64,000 nucleotides of DNA from Thermodesulfobacteriota bacterium (GCA_034189385.1 JAXHVD010000010.1:64001-128000), one strand, 5' to 3'. Positions 37,849 through 48,185 are shown, counted from the stretch's first letter. Numbers and translations are program-made. Notes: generated by a model from the letters alone, not told the origin.

Positions 37849-39579
37849 TCACGATTCCTGCAGGCGCGCCAGGTTGTCCCTGGCAAATTCAATGGACGGA
37901 TCCAGCTCGAGGGCGAGTTGATAGTGTCGAACGGCCAGTTCCGTTTTTCCCATGTCTCGATAGTTAGATGCAATGTTCGCATAATCAATGGCAGAACTGG
38001 GATCCAGATCAAGTACCTGCCGAAAACACGCAATCGCCTTTTCGTGCTCCTTTAACTTGAAGTAACAGAATCCCATGAGGTTGTAGATATCGGTCCTCTC
38101 GTCATCATAGCCCTCTGCCTTCTCCAGGACCCTGATCGCCTCCCGGTACTGACCCAAATCCTTCAAACACACTCCCATGTAAGAATAGATGCTTGCCCTA
38201 TCCTCTTCCTTGGGATTCAAAGTCAGGGCCTCCTCGAAGAACTTCCAGGCCTCGGCAGGCTCGTTCATAGAAAGATGGCACGATCCCAGGAAGAATTTCA
38301 CGAAGTACTTTCCAGGCATGAAGACATCCAGCCTCTGAAGTTCGTCGATTCTCTGTTCAGGGTCCCCATTTTCTGCCATGAGCTTGGCTAAAAACATGGC
38401 CACGCTGGTCCCAGCAGCCCGTTCCCGAAAATGCGCCCCTGGTATGATGGTATAAAAGGCTGGGACTTGAAGGATGGGGTTGGTGACATTGACCACGATG
38501 ACCTCCATACCGATCTTGGACAACGTCGAGACACAGTTTTCCACCTCCACCTTCATATTGTCATGAGAAAGGTCCGGCAATTCAGAGATGCCCACTTCCC
38601 TATCGCAACGAAGCACAAAGTCAGCTTCCTCGATGGTCCTGAACTTTGGAAGGCCGCTGGCAACATAATTGGAGCCAGTGTTGAAATCTCCGGCAAGCTG
38701 GGCAACCTCCGTCAGGGCTCGATTCAGTGCTTTCTGTGGATTCGGTGTGGTACCTGCCGTCCAGACGATCTCGCTTCTTTGGGGAAAGGTGGATGGGTCA
38801 TAAGCCAGGGCGCCCACAGTGGGGATGCCGGTGTTGAAGGAAAAGTCAGAGATAAAAAGCCGCACGCCAGCCTTTTCGTATTTGCCTATCATCTCCAGGG
38901 CCACCGGATCGCTTATTGAAGCCTTGCGAATGGCCGGAATCCCAAGCTTGTTCTGGCTGATCATGGATGAGACATGCCGCTCTATGACTTCGCATATCCC
39001 CTGAATGAGGGCCTCTTCCACACAATTTCCGGCCGACGGGCCGTTGAACTCGTTGATGGCAAAGAACCAGTCAAAGGGAATGAGCATTTCTTCTTCTCTG
39101 GTCAGATTATAGGCCCAGGTCCATTTAAGTGGAAGCCTTGAAAAGACCTCTCGGGCCTTGTCCAGGTCGTCAGAATCATCGTGGACGGAGAGGGCAATAG
39201 CCTCAAAGGGCAGAACAGGATCTTTGATGTTTCTGTATTCTTCAACAAGGAATTTCCCGGGGTCCTTGCAGAAACTGAAAAAACTAAACCTCTCGGCCAA
39301 CTCCATCACCGCACTGGCCTCTGACTGGTCAGGCGTGGCCCCTTTTCCCATCTGCTTCTCTGCTCCGATGACATCTCTCGCGTCCTTGCCGCAGATGCTA
39401 AAATAGACAGGGATGCCCAACCTGCCGTTGTCGATTCTTCTGGTACTCTTCAGGATGTCCAGATCTACTTCCCTGAGTCTTTCCTTAAACCTCAGAACGG
39501 TCTCTTCAGGGGGTATGATTTTGTCTTGGTACAAGGTGGAGCCCTTGTAAGCGTCTTTCAGAACAATCTTATTCGTCAT
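37849..39579 (-). CDS. YcaO-like protein with C-terminal TPR repeats
   Basis: QMGKG, SAVMELAER, NGPSAGN, CEVIERH, RALTEVAQ; C-terminal TPRs. Confidence 0.9.
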   Translation of the reverse strand: MTNKIVLKDAYKGSTLYQDKIIPPEETVLRFKERLREVDLDILKSTRRIDNGRLGIPVYFSICGKDARDVIGAEKQMGKGATPDQSEASAVMELAERFSFFSFCKDPGKFLVEEYRNIKDPVLPFEAIALSVHDDSDDLDKAREVFSRLPLKWTWAYNLTREEEMLIPFDWFFAINEFNGPSAGNCVEEALIQGICEVIERHVSSMISQNKLGIPAIRKASISDPVALEMIGKYEKAGVRLFISDFSFNTGIPTVGALAYDPSTFPQRSEIVWTAGTTPNPQKALNRALTEVAQLAGDFNTGSNYVASGLPKFRTIEEADFVLRCDREVGISELPDLSHDNMKVEVENCVSTLSKIGMEVIVVNVTNPILQVPAFYTIIPGAHFRERAAGTSVAMFLAKLMAENGDPEQRIDELQRLDVFMPGKYFVKFFLGSCHLSMNEPAEAWKFFEEALTLNPKEEDRASIYSYMGVCLKDLGQYREAIRVLEKAEGYDDERTDIYNLMGFCYFKLKEHEKAIACFRQVLDLDPSSAIDYANIASNYRDMGKTELAVRHYQLALELDPSIEFARDNLARLQES

Positions 39580-40423
39580 CCATCTCCTCTCCTTTTGTCG
39601 CCGTCCCCAGGACGCGATTCATGGACCCGGAGACATAACCTTCCATGTCCAGCGTCACATGAACGAAACCTATGTCCCTGAACCTCTTTAGAATCGCTTC
39701 TCTAGGGCCATTGCCCATGATCATGGAAAGATCCGACCTTTCCACCTCTATCCTGGCCACAGCGCCATGGTGCCTTACTCGGCATTGTCTGACACCTCTC
39801 TCCAGAAGAAACCCCTCGGCCTCATCTACCATCTGCAACTTCTTGGCAGTAATGGGGCTCCCATAGGGTATCCTCGAAGCAAGACAGACCGTGGCTGGTT
39901 TGTTCCACGAGGAAAGGCCCATTGCTTTTGAAAGATGCCGGATTTCGAGCTTTTTCAGATCCACATCTATCAAAGGGGAGAGAATACCCATCTCGCCGGC
40001 AGCTTGCTGCCCTGGCCTGTAATCTCTAAGGTCATCCACATTGGCTCCGTGGGCTACATACCTTATTCCTCGCGCTTTAGCCACGGCCATGAACTCTTTG
40101 AAAAGAGATTTCTTGCAGTGGTAGCACCTGTCTGGCTTATTTGTTACAAAGCCAGGGACCCCCATTACTTCCCACGGAAGAAGAATGTGGTCAATACCGC
40201 TCCTTCGGGTAAATCCTTCCGCCAGTTCCTTCTCGCGGACCGGAAATATTTCCGAAATCCCGGTTGCTGCCACCACTTTCCCGCCAAGGGCCTCATGGGC
40301 CAGGGCCAAGAGCAAGGTGCTGTCCACACCGCCGGAATAGGCAACCAGCAGGGACCTTGTATCTCGAAGCAGGCGAAGGAGGTGTTCTTTCTTCTCTATT
40401 ACCTCTTTATCCTCTACATTCAT
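39569..40423 (-). CDS. larE: LarE-like ATP-dependent sulfur transferase (TIGR00268)
   Basis: AYSGGVDS PP-loop, RCYHCK, DDLRDYRPG, CLASRIPYG, RVRHHG, GY.SGSMN. Confidence 0.9.
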   Translation of the reverse strand: MNVEDKEVIEKKEHLLRLLRDTRSLLVAYSGGVDSTLLLALAHEALGGKVVAATGISEIFPVREKELAEGFTRRSGIDHILLPWEVMGVPGFVTNKPDRCYHCKKSLFKEFMAVAKARGIRYVAHGANVDDLRDYRPGQQAAGEMGILSPLIDVDLKKLEIRHLSKAMGLSSWNKPATVCLASRIPYGSPITAKKLQMVDEAEGFLLERGVRQCRVRHHGAVARIEVERSDLSMIMGNGPREAILKRFRDIGFVHVTLDMEGYVSGSMNRVLGTATKGEEMDDE

Positions 40424-40603
40424 CTCACCCTGCTGCAATAACTGCAATAAAGGTTCATTATGGAAAATCAAGACTTCACCAGGAAGCCACAGACAAGGGA
40501 AGGAAGGCTCGACTTGCGGCCAGGAGACGACACGGCGGATTACCAGAAAAAAGAAGGCAGCTGGTACATCCACCAACTACCTCGGACAGAGACAATGGAC
40601 CAT

Positions 40604-41083
40604 CTACTGCAAGACGAACCAAGGTTCCGGCACTTGGTAATCAGGCATGTTTGAATGATAATGAAGTACTGCATTGAACTTGTCAATAACACCGGAGGCA
40701 GAGGCTTCCTGCCTGTAAGTCACCGTAGAGAAAAGGTTCGGTATCACTGACTCGTGATTCTGCTGCACACGATCTAGGAATTGGTTAAAGGAACCACCCC
40801 CCTGCTGTATGGTGGCAATCATGACGACACTCACGTCACCAATGCCCGATGTTGAATTGCTGTGATCAAGGGATGGTGCTGCCGTTGCGGTGACTCCTGA
40901 ACTTGTGTGGGACGACATCCACTTCGAGGAGCGACTCAAGGTCCCCGCAACCACAGATCCATTCGATGCTGTCACAATAGGACCCTGTGCCCAAGCGCAC
41001 CCGGTGAAACCTGCCGCGGCAAATCCCCATAAAGCAACCACCGATAAGGCCATCATGGTCAGCATTTTCGTCCTTGTATGCAT
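40604..41083 (-). CDS. Secreted beta-rich hypothetical protein
   Basis: GGAGGT RBS; signal peptide ending AWA-Q; Ser/Thr-rich. Confidence 0.7.
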   Translation of the reverse strand: MHTRTKMLTMMALSVVALWGFAAAGFTGCAWAQGPIVTASNGSVVAGTLSRSSKWMSSHTSSGVTATAAPSLDHSNSTSGIGDVSVVMIATIQQGGGSFNQFLDRVQQNHESVIPNLFSTVTYRQEASASGVIDKFNAVLHYHSNMPDYQVPEPWFVLQ

Positions 41084-41624
41084 GGTCTTACCTCCATTCT
41101 TGTCCATGTCAGAGCCTGAAAGACTTTGGTCCCACGGCCCTTCTAGACCGACTTTCCACCCCTCTGTCAAACAGGGTAGAACAATCAATACCCAAACTGC
41201 AGGAAAAGTCAAGCTCGACGGTCTTGCGAGGGATCTAAAGCCCCTGTTTCAGGTTGCGCAGACGAACCTTGCATTAAAGCACACGGCAGGCACCTGGATA
41301 TGGCAATGTCAGTGAGTTGAGCTGCTAATGGAGCCGGTGTGGAACCTCTAACGTGGGAAAATCCTACGGAATAAACAAAACATGAAGACTAATGGCTTCC
41401 CAAGATGCCGTTTTCATCCCGATGCCTATCTTTCACACCCCTGTATTAGTGTAGAAGACGCCCGGTAGAAGAGATGCACGCACATCCGAGAAGCCATTCA
41501 GGTGCCAACCTCGAAATTTCCTTTGTGAGCATAACCCTTGGAGGGCTTTGGCCGTCACATGGTTTGTTTGTTCGGTAAGGAATTCGGGTGGCATCTTCTC
41601 CTATCATCACCTCTGTTCAACCAT

Positions 41625-41852
41625 CTACCAAAGAACAGGTCCTTGGGAGGGACAGGATGAGGTTGTGCGCTTCACCAACCTGCAGATCCCCACAGCAAGG
41701 ACGGTGCACCAGGCAAGGCCCTTATAAATCAGCATTTCGTAACACTTGCACATCCCCATGGACATCTTCTTGTTCAAGCCCTTCTCTACTAAGCGACAAT
41801 ACAGATGAAGGGGATTGCACCGGTGCTGAATCTCTAAGATTTTATCAACCAA
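41625..41852 (-). CDS. Small conserved hypothetical protein (QH..NPLH.YCRL motif)
   Basis: AAGGAG RBS before a TTG start; motif recalled from small deltaproteobacterial proteins; sigma54 promoter upstream. Confidence 0.7.
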   Translation of the reverse strand: MVDKILEIQHRCNPLHLYCRLVEKGLNKKMSMGMCKCYEMLIYKGLAWCTVLAVGICRLVKRTTSSCPSQGPVLW

Positions 41853-41927
41853 TCTGTGGCTCCTTTGCTGGTTGGCCTTTCAAAAATCTGGGCCTTGCAT
41901 CTGATGGCTCAGTATGGCGAATAGTTT

Positions 41928-41943
41928 AGCAAGTACCATGCCA
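41928..41943 (-). promoter_or_regulatory. Sigma54 promoter
   Basis: Minus strand TGGCATGGTACTTGCT fits TGGCAC-N5-TTGC. Confidence 0.75.
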
Positions 41944-42360
41944 GCCTGCAGCAACAATGATATCTTCACATTTTCAGGTTGTTATCTACACCTCAGGCAA
42001 AGGCATCTCTGGAGGATAGGCATTTTCACTGGAAAAGTGGCGAAAATGCCGGATGTGGACGTCTCCAGGGAGAGTCTGTGTCTCATGGATGGTCCCCAAG
42101 GGCCTGTTGGAGGGTCTGTGTGGGCAGGTCCCACCGCACACATGTTCTGGAAAATGTGGCATAAGGCTTTAGAATCGATTGACAAAAACTCAGAGTACTG
42201 ATAAGGCTGGCCTAACTTCAATGCCCTGTGTCGAGTCCTTTCTTTTTTGAGTCACACGAAGGGATAACCCCAGATCAGGGCGGTTTGGCGGAACAGAGCG
42301 TTCCACTGCCAGGGCAGGTGCACACCATTCAAGGATACAAGAAGAGGAGGTTTTTTTCAG

Positions 42361-42462
42361 ATGGAACAATCATGGGATTGGAAACGACTACTTTCCTTTT
42401 GTATAGTTTGTGGCGTGGTAGGCCTCATCATAGTGGTAGTCTTTGCAACGATGCTTCTTTGA
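42361..42462 (+). CDS. Small single-TM membrane protein, 33 aa (absent from ORF track)
   Basis: AAGAGGAGG RBS; MEQSWDWKRLLSFCIVCGVVGLIIVVVFATMLL. Confidence 0.6.
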   Translation: MEQSWDWKRLLSFCIVCGVVGLIIVVVFATMLL

Positions 42463-42899
42463 GGCATCTGCCCGGCCCATTTGTTTGTCCTGGCAACTGC
42501 TGACATAGCCTAGGCCAGGAGGACAAATGGAGGGGCTGTTGCACTCGGAAGGATATGACCTTTTGCAGGCAGGATGAGCCTTTCTTCTATGGTCCCCGCC
42601 TTGCAGCATCCCCTCATGGTGCAGGTGCTGTTGGCTCCCGTTGTGTTATCCAGACACAAGGGATAGGGGGGCAAGTTTCAGGCTAACCCTAGCCTTCTAC
42701 CTGGCCAGTGCCGCAATTTTTTCCCTTCCGTTTCTGCGAATGCCTCTCATCCCACGTTACCTGGTGGACCGCTATCAACATGCTTTACCGCCACTTCTGT
42801 TGGATTAACGGCGCTATCTGCTGAACACTCTTGACGTTTCTAGAGAACAGCTCCAAAGAGAATCCCATCCCATTTTTTTGTTTCTATGACGGTCTACTC

Positions 42900-43040
42900 A
42901 TGGCCCACAAGCCAGCCTATGAACAACTGGGACAACAGGTCAAGGAGCTGGAGAAAGTTCACAACAAATGAGAGATGCGTGTTGAGCAACGGACCGCCCA
43001 ACTACTGGAGATAGACCCTGCGGTCAAGGCGATTGTTTGA
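42900..43040 (+). pseudogene. Remnant of a sensor-kinase N-terminus
   Basis: MAHKPAYEQLGQQVKELEKVHNK*EMRVEQRTAQL, with an in-frame TGA at 42969; compare AHDELELRVEERTAEL in the 44133 kinase. Confidence 0.6.
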
Positions 43041-43403
43041 AGCCGTTATCACGGCGATCCGGTCATGAGAGAGTGGCTATAACATGGCTTTAAAGGGGTC
43101 ATGTTCAAACCCTACTTGAAAGAAGACCTAAAAGTGACCCTGCGTAGAGTGTTGGGACAAAGAAAAACCTAGCAGACTTGATTTTCCCGTCAGATTTCTG
43201 TATCCTAACCCCAAGTGCAAGGAACTCCCCACCAATATCCAACCCTTGATGAACTGCGCTGAACACGGGAAACAACTTTAGACTGGCTGCAGACGGCCCC
43301 TGACAGGGCGTTACGTTGCGCCATGAGTTCAAAGGACAATCTTCTCTTCCCTGCGGCAACAGGAGATGCGTTTCTGACCTGTAACCTTTTCGGGCTATCT
43401 GAC

Positions 43404-43736
43404 ATGGCAAAAAGGGACAAGAGAACGCGAGAGAGATACAGTCTGAGGCTCCCTGTGCAGGTAACATGGGAAGATGCCTTTGGAAACGCCCATGGAGAGA
43501 CAACAACCACACTGGATATTAATGTTTCAGGATGCTTTATCGTGTGCCATCATCTTATTCAGAAGGGTCGCCGGATCTCTGTTGAGATTGACCTTTCCAT
43601 TGCAGAGGCAGGGATCTTCGCAAAGCGTGTCTCTGCCCAGGGAAGAGTGGTGAGAAACGTGCCCGTAGCCGCTAATCCTGGAGGAGGTTTTGGACATGGA
43701 GTGAGATTTGACAGGTTCCGTTTCTCGAAGCAGTGA
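43404..43736 (+). CDS. PilZ domain protein (c-di-GMP receptor)
   Basis: RxxxR (RTRER), DINVSG, GRVVR, GVRF. Confidence 0.85.
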   Translation: MAKRDKRTRERYSLRLPVQVTWEDAFGNAHGETTTTLDINVSGCFIVCHHLIQKGRRISVEIDLSIAEAGIFAKRVSAQGRVVRNVPVAANPGGGFGHGVRFDRFRFSKQ

Positions 43737-44132
43737 CGCCCGAACTTGACGTGACAGACACAAATGGAGCCTGCGGAATGAATGAAGTGCTCAGGAGGAG
43801 CCACCAAGAACAGACATCGGTCATGACCTTGTTGGATCGGTTACAGGTGAAATCTTCAAGAAGCCAAGGACGCAGATTTGCCATCGAGCAGACCTACAAT
43901 CTGTCATGAGTCAATAGATTCAGCCATCTCATGTTATAGCGACTGGCAGACCAAGTGTCTGCGTTGCTCGTTGACATGCCTCAGTGGCCTCCCAGACAAC
44001 TCGTGGAGGTCCAGTTGAAGATCCAGCAGGCAGGAGACAGACCGCTGCCCTTTGGTCGCGTTTTTGGAATCCTGGCACCGGACATCTGTCATTCACAAGA
44101 GGAAAGCCTGGTAATGAAGGGCTAGGGTTCAC

Positions 44133-46220
44133 ATGTTTGAACAGTCAAAGACCCTTAATGTCGCCATCGTTGGTGGCGGTCCTGGATGCAAGGCCATTAT
44201 CGACATGGTATTGGCTGAAAAGCTGAAGCACCTTCAGATGGTGCTCATTGGCGTCGCCTCTAAAAGCCCCGAGGCAGAGGGGTATCGCTTTGCCCAAGAG
44301 CACGGTATTTATACCACGAATGACTACCGGGATCTCTACAGGCTTGAAGGTCTTAACCTCATCATAGAGCTGACCGGTCGACAGGAAGTGGCAAATGAAA
44401 TCGCTACGACCAAACCAGATCACATCCGATTGATGGACCATGTCGCCGCTCGTCTCTTCTGGGACGTATTTCAGACGGAAGAAGAGATCCTTTCAGAGCG
44501 CAATCACGCAGAAGAGGCCTTACGAAAATCAGAGGAGAAATACAGTACCCTCGTGGAGAACTCGCTCACCGGAATCTACATCGACCAGGATGGGAAAATC
44601 GTATTTGCCAACCACAGATTCGCACACATCTACGGGTATCATAAAGACGATCTGATCGGAACGGAATCTCGAAACCTGGTCCACCCTGAGGACAGGGACT
44701 TAACGAACCAAATAAGGGAAAAGAGGCTCAAGGGCGAAGAGGCCCCAGAAGAATATGAGGCAAAGGGTCTCACCAAAGACGGCAGGACTATATGGATTGC
44801 CAGGAGAAACGCGCGGATCATGTACCACGGTAGACCTGCCATCCTGGGCAACATAGCGGACATCACCGAACAGATGCGTGTTGAGGAGGCTTTGAGAGAA
44901 ACCATCCTCCGTGTGCAGGTCGCTCACGAGCAGGCCCTCATCTATGCTGAGCAACTCAAGGAACAAATCGCTGAACGCAAACACGCAGAGAACGCGTTGA
45001 AGGAAAGCCAGGAAAAGTACTATACGGTCCTCGAAGCGTGTCCGGACCCCGTTGTTGTCTATGATATGGAGGGCAAGGGCGTCTATATCAACCCCGCTTT
45101 CACCCGAGTTTTCGGCTGGACCCCAGGAGAGGTTTTGGGAATGAAAATGGATTATGTCCCTAAAGAAAACTGGCCAGAGACCCAGATGATGATTGACAAA
45201 GTGCTTCTGGGTGAAAGCTTTTCTGGTATTGAAAGCCGCAGACACACCAAAGAGGGTAAAATTATTGACGTCAGCATCAGTGCTGCCATCTATTCGAATA
45301 CTGATGGGGCATCGGTGGGCAGTGTTCACATTTTGCGAGACGTCACGGAGCGCAAGCGGGTCGAAGAGGCCTTGCAAAAGGCCCACGATGAACTGGAACT
45401 CCGCGTAGAAGAACGCACCGCCGAACTGGCGGCCACAACAAAGCAGTTGAAACTCCAACTCTCTCAGCGTCAGCGGGCGGAGGAGGCCCTGAATGCTGCC
45501 CACAGGGCCCTTGAAAGGAAGGCCACCGCGCTGGAGGCAGCTAACGAAGAGCTTTCCGAGTATGCCTACGTGGTCTCCCATGATCTGAAAGCGCCCCTTC
45601 GGGCCATCCGAAACTACGCAGACTTCCTTTACGAAGACCTCGAAGAGCGCTTGGACGGGGACCAGAAAAATTACATCAATGGTCTCAAACGGGCAGTTCG
45701 CCAAGGGGAGATCCTGGTGGAAGACATGTTGGAATACTCCAGGGTTGGAAAACAGGGCGTGCCGTCTCAGGCCGTAGACATTGGCGTGTTTCTCCAAGAA
45801 TTGGTAACCACCCTTGCCTTGCCCCCAGATGTGGAGGTGGTGATGGGTGATGACTGGCCCACCATCGAGACGGACCCGACCCTTCTCACGCAGATCTTTC
45901 AGGATCTCATCAGAAACGCGGTCAAATTCAATCACGCGACATGTAAACGGATTGAGCTCGGGTGGCTTCCCGCAGACGGTGAGGGCTGTGAGCTCTTTGT
46001 GCGTGACAACGGTATCGGGATCGCTCCCCGCCACCAAGAGCAAATTTTTCGTATGTTCCATCGCCTCCATACGCGCAAAGAGTATAGCGGCACTGGTTTG
46101 GGTCTGGCCATTGTCAAGAAAGCGGCAGGTAGACTCCATGGGGCCGTCCGCGTGGAATCAATATCCGGAAAAGGGAGTACCTTCTTCATCTCCCTTCCTC
46201 ACGCACATAAGGAGACATAA
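44133..46220 (+). CDS. Sensor histidine kinase: Rossmann-like N-terminus, two PAS domains, HisKA, HATPase
   Basis: VAIVGGGPG; two PAS/PAC; SHDLKAPL; NAVKF, DNGIG, GTGLGL. Confidence 0.92.
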   Translation: MFEQSKTLNVAIVGGGPGCKAIIDMVLAEKLKHLQMVLIGVASKSPEAEGYRFAQEHGIYTTNDYRDLYRLEGLNLIIELTGRQEVANEIATTKPDHIRLMDHVAARLFWDVFQTEEEILSERNHAEEALRKSEEKYSTLVENSLTGIYIDQDGKIVFANHRFAHIYGYHKDDLIGTESRNLVHPEDRDLTNQIREKRLKGEEAPEEYEAKGLTKDGRTIWIARRNARIMYHGRPAILGNIADITEQMRVEEALRETILRVQVAHEQALIYAEQLKEQIAERKHAENALKESQEKYYTVLEACPDPVVVYDMEGKGVYINPAFTRVFGWTPGEVLGMKMDYVPKENWPETQMMIDKVLLGESFSGIESRRHTKEGKIIDVSISAAIYSNTDGASVGSVHILRDVTERKRVEEALQKAHDELELRVEERTAELAATTKQLKLQLSQRQRAEEALNAAHRALERKATALEAANEELSEYAYVVSHDLKAPLRAIRNYADFLYEDLEERLDGDQKNYINGLKRAVRQGEILVEDMLEYSRVGKQGVPSQAVDIGVFLQELVTTLALPPDVEVVMGDDWPTIETDPTLLTQIFQDLIRNAVKFNHATCKRIELGWLPADGEGCELFVRDNGIGIAPRHQEQIFRMFHRLHTRKEYSGTGLGLAIVKKAAGRLHGAVRVESISGKGSTFFISLPHAHKET

Positions 46221-46222
46221 AA

Positions 46223-46672
46223 ATGGAAAGGGAGCCAAAAGAGCCCTTTGTGATCCTCATGGCAGAAGATGATGAGCACGACGTTTTAGCCACAAGACGG
46301 GCGTGGAAAACCCATCATATCGCTAACCCGCTTTACATCGTCAGCAACGGAGAGGAATGCCTGGATTTCCTAAAGCAAAGAGGCGCATACAGTGAACCCG
46401 GGGCCGCCCCTCGGCCTGGGCTCCTTCTTCTCGACCTTAAAATGCCTAAAATGGACGGGCTCACTCTGCTGAAGCACATTAGGGAAGATAAGGAGTTGTT
46501 TCGGCTTCCGGTAGTCATCCTTACCTCCTCAAAGGCCGAAGAGGATCGACTGAGAAGCTATGATCTAGGAGTCAATGCCTACATTGTCAAACCAGTGGGG
46601 TTTGAAAGGTTCTCCACGGCAGTAAGAACCATCAATCTCTTCTGGCAATTGGTAGAACTCCCACATCCATGA
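46223..46672 (+). CDS. Single-domain response regulator (Rcp1-like)
   Basis: AEDD, LLDLKMP, LTSS, YIVKP. Confidence 0.92.
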   Translation: MEREPKEPFVILMAEDDEHDVLATRRAWKTHHIANPLYIVSNGEECLDFLKQRGAYSEPGAAPRPGLLLLDLKMPKMDGLTLLKHIREDKELFRLPVVILTSSKAEEDRLRSYDLGVNAYIVKPVGFERFSTAVRTINLFWQLVELPHP

Positions 46673-46685
46673 GGTTAGAAAGCCT

Positions 46686-48185
46686 ATGAAAAGACCAACG
46701 ACTCTTCGTATCCTCCTGGTTGAAGACAATGAACACGACAGATTGGCCTTCCGACGGGCCCTGCGCAGAAGTCAGGTGTCCTGTGAAATCACGGAATGCG
46801 TGCGGGCCGAAGAGGCCATGGAACGACTTCGCGCCGCCCCCTCTTCCTTCAGCCTTGTGGTAGTCGACCATAATTTGCCGGGGATGACAGGACTAGACCT
46901 TTGCAGAGACCTCCTCGACAAGAAGCTCCCCTTACCTTTGGTACTGCTCACGGGAAGAGGGTCGGAAGAACTCGCTGTCTCGGCCCTGAAGGCTGGAGTG
47001 GATGACTATATCGTGAAGGACCCCCAAGATGGCTATCTGGATCTCCTGCCCATCGTAGTGCCTCAGACAGTTGAAAAGTACGAAGACCGCGTAGCTCGCA
47101 AAAGGGCTGAGGAGGCGTTGCGGGAGAGTGAAGAACGGTTTCGCAACATCGTTGAAGGGAGTCAAGCCGGCTATTGTTTTATCGATAAAAGTGGCCGCTT
47201 CCAAGATTGTAATGACGCCTGGTTGCGGATGCACGGTTACGCCTCACGCGACGAGGTGGTGGGACAACATTTTACGCTGACACAGGCCGAGGCCAACAAA
47301 GAGCAGGCTGAGAGGAACTTTAAAAATCTCCTTGAGGGAGAACCGATTCCCTCCGGTGAATCTATCAGTCGATGCAAAGATGGATGCATCGCTTACCACA
47401 CCTTTTCTGCCAATCCCGTTGTTAAGGGTGGTGAGGTGGTGGGCGCAGAGCTGTTTTTCATAGACATCTCCAAGCGGAAGCAAGCAGAGGAAAAACTTCG
47501 GAACATCAATGAAGAGCTTAAGAGCTTTTCCCATATTGTCTCCCACGACCTGAAAACCCCCATTGTTTTCATCCTGGGGTTTTCTTCGTTCCTTCTCGAA
47601 GGCTATGGAGATAAAATGGACGAAAAGGGCAGGACGTGTCTGGAAAGGATCCAGGCAAACGCCAATCGCATGGAGGCACTCATCTCAGACCTGCTGGCAC
47701 TGTCAAGGATTGGTAAGGTCGTTTCCACCTTTGAAGAGGTTTCTTTCTCTGAGATAGTAGAAAACGTATTATCAAATCTCCAGGATAGGCTGAACGAGAC
47801 TGGAGTAGAGGTGATCCTGGAAGACTACTTTCCTTCTGTATACTGCGACGGCGAAAGGATCTATCAGGTCCTCGACAACCTGCTCGTCAATGCCATCAAA
47901 TTTCGAGACCGCACCAGGAGCCCCAAGATCCAGATTGGCCATGAAGACAAGGCAGAGTTTCATCAATTCTTTGTGAGGGACAACGGGATAGGGATTGATG
48001 CCAAGCATCACGTAAGAGTATTTGAACGGTTCCATCGGCTGGAAGAAACCAACGACGTGGAGGGAACAGGTCTGGGTCTTTCAATCGTGGAGAGGATTGT
48101 CAACAACCATGGTGGGAAGATCTGGGTGGAATCTGAGCGCGGGGAGGGATCGACCTTTTATTTCACCATTCCCTCTGGGGGGTGA
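46686..48185 (+). CDS. REC-PAS-histidine kinase
   Basis: N-terminal receiver, PAS, SHDLKTP, HATPase boxes. Confidence 0.92.
   Translation: MKRPTTLRILLVEDNEHDRLAFRRALRRSQVSCEITECVRAEEAMERLRAAPSSFSLVVVDHNLPGMTGLDLCRDLLDKKLPLPLVLLTGRGSEELAVSALKAGVDDYIVKDPQDGYLDLLPIVVPQTVEKYEDRVARKRAEEALRESEERFRNIVEGSQAGYCFIDKSGRFQDCNDAWLRMHGYASRDEVVGQHFTLTQAEANKEQAERNFKNLLEGEPIPSGESISRCKDGCIAYHTFSANPVVKGGEVVGAELFFIDISKRKQAEEKLRNINEELKSFSHIVSHDLKTPIVFILGFSSFLLEGYGDKMDEKGRTCLERIQANANRMEALISDLLALSRIGKVVSTFEEVSFSEIVENVLSNLQDRLNETGVEVILEDYFPSVYCDGERIYQVLDNLLVNAIKFRDRTRSPKIQIGHEDKAEFHQFFVRDNGIGIDAKHHVRVFERFHRLEETNDVEGTGLGLSIVERIVNNHGGKIWVESERGEGSTFYFTIPSGG

Noticed and set aside
44700..46139. 479-aa minus-strand ORF
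   Set aside because: Antisense shadow of the histidine kinase.
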